From assembly GCA_965223265.1 (NCBI GenBank), contig OZ244999.1, forward strand, positions 3,264,001-3,328,000: 64,000 nucleotides of DNA, written 5' to 3'. The position numbers were made by a program, and so were the translations under genes. Source of the DNA: Planctomycetota bacterium. Lineage in GTDB: Bacteria > Planctomycetota > UBA8108 > SXIK01. Below, one piece after another: positions 58,249 through 64,000 of this stretch. The notes under the pieces are model-generated. The model saw only the letters and a list, made by a program, of their open reading frames with translations, made no database searches and was not told the DNA's origin. Position 1 is the stretch's first letter; the number at the start of each line of letters is the position of its first letter.

Positions 58249-59829
58249 AAAGCGCAGACACTCGCGCGCAATGGGAGCAGCGATGCGCAGCAGCAGTTGT
58301 GGTTGACACTCGCGTCAGGGCATGTCGCGAACCGCCACGGAGATGCCGCGCGACGTGAAACGCTATTTGGCGAAGCCGCGCACATGACGGCGCAGTTGCT
58401 GCGCGAGGGTGACGTCGACAGCGAACTCGTGTGTTCCTTAGTGCTGCTGGCGGCGCATGTGCAGAGCAAGTTACCTGAAGAGCTTGTCGCCGCTTTCGTC
58501 CGGACGCCGCCCCAAGCCGCCCGTGCGGTGCTGTCACGCCTGGAAGAATTGACAGGCACTGAGGCTTTCACGCCGCAGCAACTTGAGGCCTTGCGTACGC
58601 GCGTCGACGGCGTCGCGGCGCGCCGTGCGATGCTCCGTCAAGCGCGCGAGGTATTGCCGCGACTCTTGGAGCCGCTGAGGCCGTCGCCGCAGAGCACCGG
58701 CGAACACGTGATCTTCTACGTGCCGCATTCGGACATGTCCGGCGCTGGGGCAATTCTGCCGGCCGTTGAGCTCACGTCTCTGATCGAAGCGCAGCGCCTG
58801 GGGCAGGGCGGGGACGGGGCCGGCGGCGCGACGCATGGTCCGCTCGCGGGGGTTGCCGCACGCGGCCGGCTTGCGGTCGGCCCCGAGGCGGTCGCCGCCG
58901 AGGCAGTGCTCGTGATTGAGGGCATCGCCGTGGTTCCCGAGCCGGCCGTCGGAGCTGCAGCGGCTTCAACCTGGGTCGTGCCCATCGTTCTCGCGGCGCT
59001 CAGCGGTTTCGTTCTCGTCGGGGTGGTTTTGTCGGCGCGTGCGATGCGGCGTGAGCGACTCGCCGCGCAGGCTCGAAGCGATTTTCTCACCGCTGTGACC
59101 CACGAACTCAAAACTCCACTGGCGTCCATTCGCCTACTCGTGGACGTTCTGCGCGACGGGCGCGCGAGCGAAGGACAGCGCGCGAAGTACCATCGCACGC
59201 TGGGAAGCGAAGCGGCGCGACTGACGATGTTGGTCGAAAACGTGCTCGATTTAGGGCGCCTTGAGCGCGGCGAGCGCGCCTACGACAAGCGTCGTGAAGA
59301 AGCGAGTGACGTGGTCTTCGAGGCGCTCGAGCTCTACGAGCCCTTGGCAGCCCGCGATGGCCTCCACGTGGAGCTGCGTCCTTCCGCAGCGCCGGTTGCG
59401 CTCGAGGTCGATCGCCATGCTGTCGTGCAAGTGCTTTTGAACCTGCTCGAGAATGCGCGGCGCTACGCTGCAGGGGGAAGTCGAGTCGAGGTGACAACAC
59501 ACGTCGAGGGCGGCCGGTATTTCGTCGACGTTCGCGACTTCGGCCCAGGGATTCATGCCTCCGAGCGCGACAGTGTGTTCGAGAAGTTTGCGAGCGGCCA
59601 GGCAGCAAGCGACGGTGGCAATCCGGGCGTCGGGCTGGGACTCTTTCTCTCGCGGACGATCGTACACGATCATGGGGGGGACTTGGTCGTGGTGGAGCCG
59701 CCCGATGGAGGCGGCGGCGCATGTGTTCGGCTCAGCTTGCCGGTAGCGCCTGAGCAGGTCCCGCGCATTGATTCTGCCGCCTTCGCATCGCAGACGACCG
59801 AGCCAGAGAAAGGACTGCCGTCGGCATGA
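58249..59829 (+). pseudogene. Sensor histidine kinase, 3' part (TM2, HisKA, HATPase)
   Basis: VTHELKTPL, NLLENARRY, DFGPGI and GVGLGL; frame is open from the RIT end. Confidence 0.85.
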
Positions 59830-60707
59830 GTGGACGCGTTCTCTTGGTCGAAGACGATCGCGCGCTGCGCGAAGCGCTAGCGGATGCGCTAGCGCTTGAA
59901 GGTTTTGCAGTGACGAGCGCTGGAGATGGAACGTCGGGTGGGGAGCTCGTTTTCACTCGCCATTTCGACCTCGTCATCCTCGACCTCATGCTTCCCGGTC
60001 GCGGCGGGCTCGAGATCCTGAAAGAGATTCGTGCTGAGAAGCTGGGCGTTCCGGTCCTGCTCTTGACGGTGCGCAGCGACGAAAACGACAAGGTCCTGGG
60101 GTTTGAGCTTGGTGCCGACGATTACGTCACCAAGCCGTTCGGATTACGGGAGCTCGTGGCACGGATCAAGGCGCTGATGCGTCGCGGTACCGGCAGCGGT
60201 CTTCCCGATCGGTCAGCCGCATCTCGGGCACGATTTCAGATTGGCGAAGCAGTGGTCGATCTCGGTCGTTACGAACTTGAGCTCAATGGAAAGACATCGT
60301 CGCTCTCGCCCAAAGAGGCGGAGATCCTACGTCTGCTTCACGCTGAGGAGGGACGTGCAGTCAGCAGGAATCGTTTCCTTACGGAGCTCTGGGGCGACGA
60401 TGCGGCGGTGACGAATCGTACGATCGACACGCACGTGCTCCACCTGAGGCAAAAGATCGAAGGCGACCCGGCTGCACCGCAGCACATCCTGACGGTGCAC
60501 GGCGTTGGCTACCGGTTGGTTGCTGGCGTTGAGGGAAGTGATACTGGCGGTGGTGATGACTTGGCTTACGCGGCTCAGGACGACGGCGGGCTGGGAGGCG
60601 GAGCCGTCGGCGGCGCGGGTTCGGTGGCGGATGCATCGACGTGTGCGCCTTCAAGCAGTGAGGGGAACACGAGCAAGGTGCAGGGCCGACGGCGTAGGCG
60701 ATCGTGA
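59826..60707 (+). CDS. OmpR-family response regulator with Gly/Ala-rich tail
   Basis: LLVEDD, LDLMLP and GADDYVTKPF; winged helix RTIDTHVLHLRQK...TVHGVGY. Confidence 0.92.
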   Translation: MSGRVLLVEDDRALREALADALALEGFAVTSAGDGTSGGELVFTRHFDLVILDLMLPGRGGLEILKEIRAEKLGVPVLLLTVRSDENDKVLGFELGADDYVTKPFGLRELVARIKALMRRGTGSGLPDRSAASRARFQIGEAVVDLGRYELELNGKTSSLSPKEAEILRLLHAEEGRAVSRNRFLTELWGDDAAVTNRTIDTHVLHLRQKIEGDPAAPQHILTVHGVGYRLVAGVEGSDTGGGDDLAYAAQDDGGLGGGAVGGAGSVADASTCAPSSSEGNTSKVQGRRRRRS

Positions 60708-60730
60708 CAACTTTTTGACTCTCTTTTGAC
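60705..60730 (+). promoter_or_regulatory. OmpR/PhoB-type triple direct repeat upstream of the HEAT gene
   Basis: TGAC at 60705, 60716 and 60727 (TTTTGAC-N4-TTTTGAC). Confidence 0.55.
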
Positions 60731-60856
60731 CGTGCACAAACAACTCTCCGATGAACCTGTGAGAACCTCGCGAGCAGAGATTCAGGCGGACCGTGTCGCT
60801 CCTCCGTGCAGCCGGGTCCACTGTCGCGGAAAGCGAGTCACCGAAAGGAGCTCACA

Positions 60857-63634
60857 ATGACCACTCGACGGTTTCTGCACCGAGCACTCTGCGTCGGTCT
60901 CATCTTCATTTTCTCTCCTGTACGTCCGCTACTGGCCGACGCTGAGCGCGCTGCTCGCTTGAATGCAGAGCTCGACAAAGCGCTGCTCGTTCAGAAGAGC
61001 GAACACAATCTCACGGACGCCGAACGGCGCATTCGAAGTGTGCTCGGAGCCGACGACGTACCGGCCGTCACTCAAGAGCGGGCGATGCTGCTGCTCGGGA
61101 AATGCCTGCGTGCGCAAGGGCGAGAGGCAGAAGGCAATGCGGCGCTGGCGGCAGCGGCGAGGGGGAATTCGCGGTTCGCGCAAGAAGCGCAGGCCGTGCT
61201 CTCCGGGGAAGAAGCGGCAAGGAGGAGGCTCGAGCGACAGGTGAACGGACTCGTGCTAGCCGTGAAAGAGTCCGCGTCTGCTCCTGAGCATGGGTTTCTC
61301 GTCGACCTGGGTGATCCTGCAGTTCCATTTATCGTTCGAGCTATGGACGCAGAGCAGGATCACACGGCCGTGCGTCGCCTAGCGGTGGTTCTTCTCAGAA
61401 TCGGTTCGCGACAAGTCCACGACTACATCGATCGTGTCGTGCGTTCAAAGGACGCCTTCAGTCGCCGCGTTCTCTTGACCGCCCTGAAGGAGATCAAGCC
61501 AGAGGAGCGAGCCGTCGTGGGGCGTGGATTCGTGCCGCTGATCGACAGTGCCGTGTCCAAGGAGCGAAGGGAACTCGTCACCCTGCTCTTCGATGTGCTG
61601 ACGGCCGACGAACTGGTAGCATACTTCAACGTCGACGACGAAGAACTGCGCCGCGACGTCGTTGTGGCAATCCATCAGCGCGGAGCATTTCGCGATGAGC
61701 GCGTCATGGCGGCCGTCTTACCGACACTCGAGAACTTTCTGACCTCCGGCGCGAGCAAGGAGCAGGACATCGCTTTGGCGTTCATCCTCGACGAACGCTG
61801 CGCTGAAACGCCGAGCGGTCGGCGGCTCTTTCTCGATGCGGCTGTGCGCGGAATCCTGAAGGACCAGATGTTCGACGAGCCTCTGTCGAAGCGGCTCCAT
61901 TCTCTCGGAGTTCTTCCTCGTGTGCCTGCAGTGGAGCGTGCGGTTCCGGCGGCTGAGCTGGGCGACGCGCTGCGCCGCTCCGCCACTTCGGTGACCGCAA
62001 ACACGATACGGTTGAAAGGAATCGTGATGGCGTCCATTCCTACCTGGCAACCCGACGCCGTGCCGGCGGCGCTCGAGCTGCCGCAGTTGGTTGGCGATTC
62101 CGAGCAGATTGTTCCTTGGCTACTGCACAACGCAGACGACGACCACGTCACGGCCATCGCTCGTTGTCTCGGGTCGTTCCAAGGGTCTCTTGGCGCCGCA
62201 GTCCACTGGCTCGAGGAGCGTCCAATGAACGCAGAGGCGATCGTCGCCATCGATCAGTGGCTGCGTCAGCCGGAGTTTCGCTCGGCTCTGCGGGGCGCCT
62301 TTGCGACTCGTGTAATGGAGTCTGGTCGCATGACCCGCCGTGGTCGTCCAGCGGCTGACGCGCTGCTCTCGATGCTTGGAGCGCGCGACACTCCCGAGGC
62401 GCGCGATGTGCTTGTACGCGAAGCTGCACGAGACGATGGGATCGGGAGCGTGTTTCATGCGATCTCGCCCGTGGCTCCCGATGAGTTCCTTCTTCGATTG
62501 CTCGGAGCATTCCACGACAACCACGCTCGCGATCGAGGCCGCGTCTTGGAGATCCTTGTGGCGCGTGGTGTGTTTTCCCTGCACGACTTCGCCGCAGCCT
62601 TCGCGAAAGACGTTTACTTCGACAAAAAATTCTGCAGCGCCTTGTTTGACGGCTATTCAGCAGATCAGTACGTCGAATTCGTCAACACGATTTTGAACAC
62701 GGGGGACGAAACGGCTCTCGCAAGTTTCCGCGAATGCGTCCAATTCACCCTCCGCGCCCGCGAACCGAACCTTCCAGAAACTGTCGCCAGAACGCTTTTT
62801 GCTCGAGCGCTCCAACCTGGGTTAGACGCGTATCGTATTGTCGAGAGTTTACTTCGCGCGCCGCTCCACTTCTCCGACCCGAGCGAGCTCAAGCGTCTCA
62901 GGAGAAATCTCTATCGTCGAGCGCTTGCCAGTGGCGAAGAGGAGATCATGGAGGCAGCACTCTCCTCATATGCGCTGCATCCCGAGGATCGGACGCTCGT
63001 CGAGACGCATCTCGAGCACCCTAGCGAGAGGATCGTCAAGCGCTCTCTTTACAGCCTACGCAACCTCGGCGACAAAGCATCCCTGCCAGCAGTGGCAGCG
63101 TGCCTCAAGCATCGTGATCACAACGTTCGCGAGCTCGCCGTGCAGGTTCTTTACCGCGTTGGCGGCGACGACGTGATCCCGCAGCTGGAGTCTCTCGCGC
63201 GCGATCCAGAGCCGAGTGTCCGCGGCGCGGTCTACGCAGTGCTCGGCCACTCGACTTCGGAGCGGGCCGCTGACATTCTCCTCGCCGGCCTCCGCGATCT
63301 GGACGTGCACAAGACTGCAGCGGAATCGCTGCAGCGCATCGAAGCGTACTTCGAGCACCGCCGGCGCTGGGATTCTTGGAAGGAGTCGCTCAGCCTCGAG
63401 GGTGAAAGCGCTGCCGCGGCGCTTCTCAAACAAGCGCGCAGCGGCCGCAGCACCAAGATCCGGCGCGCCGCCATCGAATCGCTCGGGACGCTCGCTGAAC
63501 CGGAGACGTTGCCTCTCCTCATCGAGCTCATGGAAGACTCCGATACAAGCATTGCAGCTGCCGCCGAGGCGGCGGTGACGCGAATCAATCGAGCGGCAAA
63601 GAAAAGGTCGGACGCCGAGGGCGTCAAACCATAG
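60857..63634 (+). CDS. Secreted HEAT-repeat protein
   Basis: AAAGGAG SD, signal peptide, and C-terminal PBS/HEAT repeats (VRELAVQVL, IRRAAIESLG). Confidence 0.8.
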   Translation: MTTRRFLHRALCVGLIFIFSPVRPLLADAERAARLNAELDKALLVQKSEHNLTDAERRIRSVLGADDVPAVTQERAMLLLGKCLRAQGREAEGNAALAAAARGNSRFAQEAQAVLSGEEAARRRLERQVNGLVLAVKESASAPEHGFLVDLGDPAVPFIVRAMDAEQDHTAVRRLAVVLLRIGSRQVHDYIDRVVRSKDAFSRRVLLTALKEIKPEERAVVGRGFVPLIDSAVSKERRELVTLLFDVLTADELVAYFNVDDEELRRDVVVAIHQRGAFRDERVMAAVLPTLENFLTSGASKEQDIALAFILDERCAETPSGRRLFLDAAVRGILKDQMFDEPLSKRLHSLGVLPRVPAVERAVPAAELGDALRRSATSVTANTIRLKGIVMASIPTWQPDAVPAALELPQLVGDSEQIVPWLLHNADDDHVTAIARCLGSFQGSLGAAVHWLEERPMNAEAIVAIDQWLRQPEFRSALRGAFATRVMESGRMTRRGRPAADALLSMLGARDTPEARDVLVREAARDDGIGSVFHAISPVAPDEFLLRLLGAFHDNHARDRGRVLEILVARGVFSLHDFAAAFAKDVYFDKKFCSALFDGYSADQYVEFVNTILNTGDETALASFRECVQFTLRAREPNLPETVARTLFARALQPGLDAYRIVESLLRAPLHFSDPSELKRLRRNLYRRALASGEEEIMEAALSSYALHPEDRTLVETHLEHPSERIVKRSLYSLRNLGDKASLPAVAACLKHRDHNVRELAVQVLYRVGGDDVIPQLESLARDPEPSVRGAVYAVLGHSTSERAADILLAGLRDLDVHKTAAESLQRIEAYFEHRRRWDSWKESLSLEGESAAAALLKQARSGRSTKIRRAAIESLGTLAEPETLPLLIELMEDSDTSIAAAAEAAVTRINRAAKKRSDAEGVKP

Positions 63635-63669
63635 TTTTTCGTTACCTCGGTTTGGCCATTCGTCGCACC

Positions 63670-63868
63670 AAAGTAGGAGGCACACTTCCGTGTGCCGTCC
63701 GGCCGTGATCGTGGTGGCGTCTCTTTAAAGTAGCAGGCACACGCCGTGTGCCGTCCGGACGTGAGCGTGACCGTGGACCGTGACCGTGAGTTGCGACGGC
63801 ACGTTTCAAAAGTTTCACACCCTCTCCGTGCGCCGTCCGTTTCTTTTCTCAGGCCACGGCACGCGGAG
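63670..63868. repeat. Cluster of GTAG-type REP-like repeats
   Basis: Two copies of AAAGTAG(G/C)AGGCACAC..CCGTGTGCCGTCCGG plus partial inverted copies (GACGGCACG, ACGGCACGCGGAG). Confidence 0.6.
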
Positions 63869-63880
63869 TCAGTGAGAGCG

Positions 63881-63919
63881 AAAAAGAAGGATCCGGCTCA
63901 GCTATCCAAGCCGGATCCT
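63881..63919 (-). terminator. Intrinsic terminator for a convergent gene beyond the window
   Basis: 11-bp stem AGGATCCGGCT/AGCCGGATCCT followed on the minus strand by TCTTTTT. Confidence 0.6.
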
Positions 63920-64000
63920 GCGAGTTGCCAAGTGGCGCGTCGAACGTTGGAAAGGTTTCTCCTCGTCCGCGCCCTTTGGCTTCACGGGGCTATGCGATCA

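Noticed and set aside
60520-60707. Gly/Ala-rich tail of the response regulator as a new domain
   Set aside because: Low complexity; more simply explained by loss of a stop codon.
63670-63800. Possible CRISPR array
   Set aside because: Only two imperfect repeats plus inverted partials, no regular unique spacers and no cas genes; fits REP better.

Overview
GC-rich bacterial window, probably Planctomycetota (inferred from gene content and GTAG REP-like repeats). It has five zones. (1) 1-19.5 kb: an overlapping type IV pilus/T2SS-like operon with a partial double-FHA protein, a PilM-PilN-like fusion, PilO-like and TPR proteins, and pseudopilins G/H/K/J/I, including a ~2,060-aa K-like subunit. 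(2) holA, a PTS EIIA gene and tRNA-Arg(CCG). (3) A ~15.4-kb island in that tRNA (65-bp direct repeat 21588-21652 / 36951-37015). It carries a broken tyrosine integrase, nested mobile-element fragments, a LuxR-TPR-Rhs-SUKH toxin/immunity module and an intact IS21. After it come a 176-bp foldback and remnants of sibling integrase elements. (4) Glycan/redox genes, notably a ~2,185-aa secreted fusion of a galactose-oxidase-type copper radical oxidase with a YVTN propeller/di-heme peroxidase. Next to it lie a secreted protein with a duplicated CPxGLxxC domain and a BNR sialidase-like gene; this is the best candidate for an undescribed system. (5) An OmpR-type two-component locus whose kinase is split by a three-recombinase RIT element, with a perfect 32-bp palindrome at one junction. 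All calls come from reading motifs by eye; no database searches were run.
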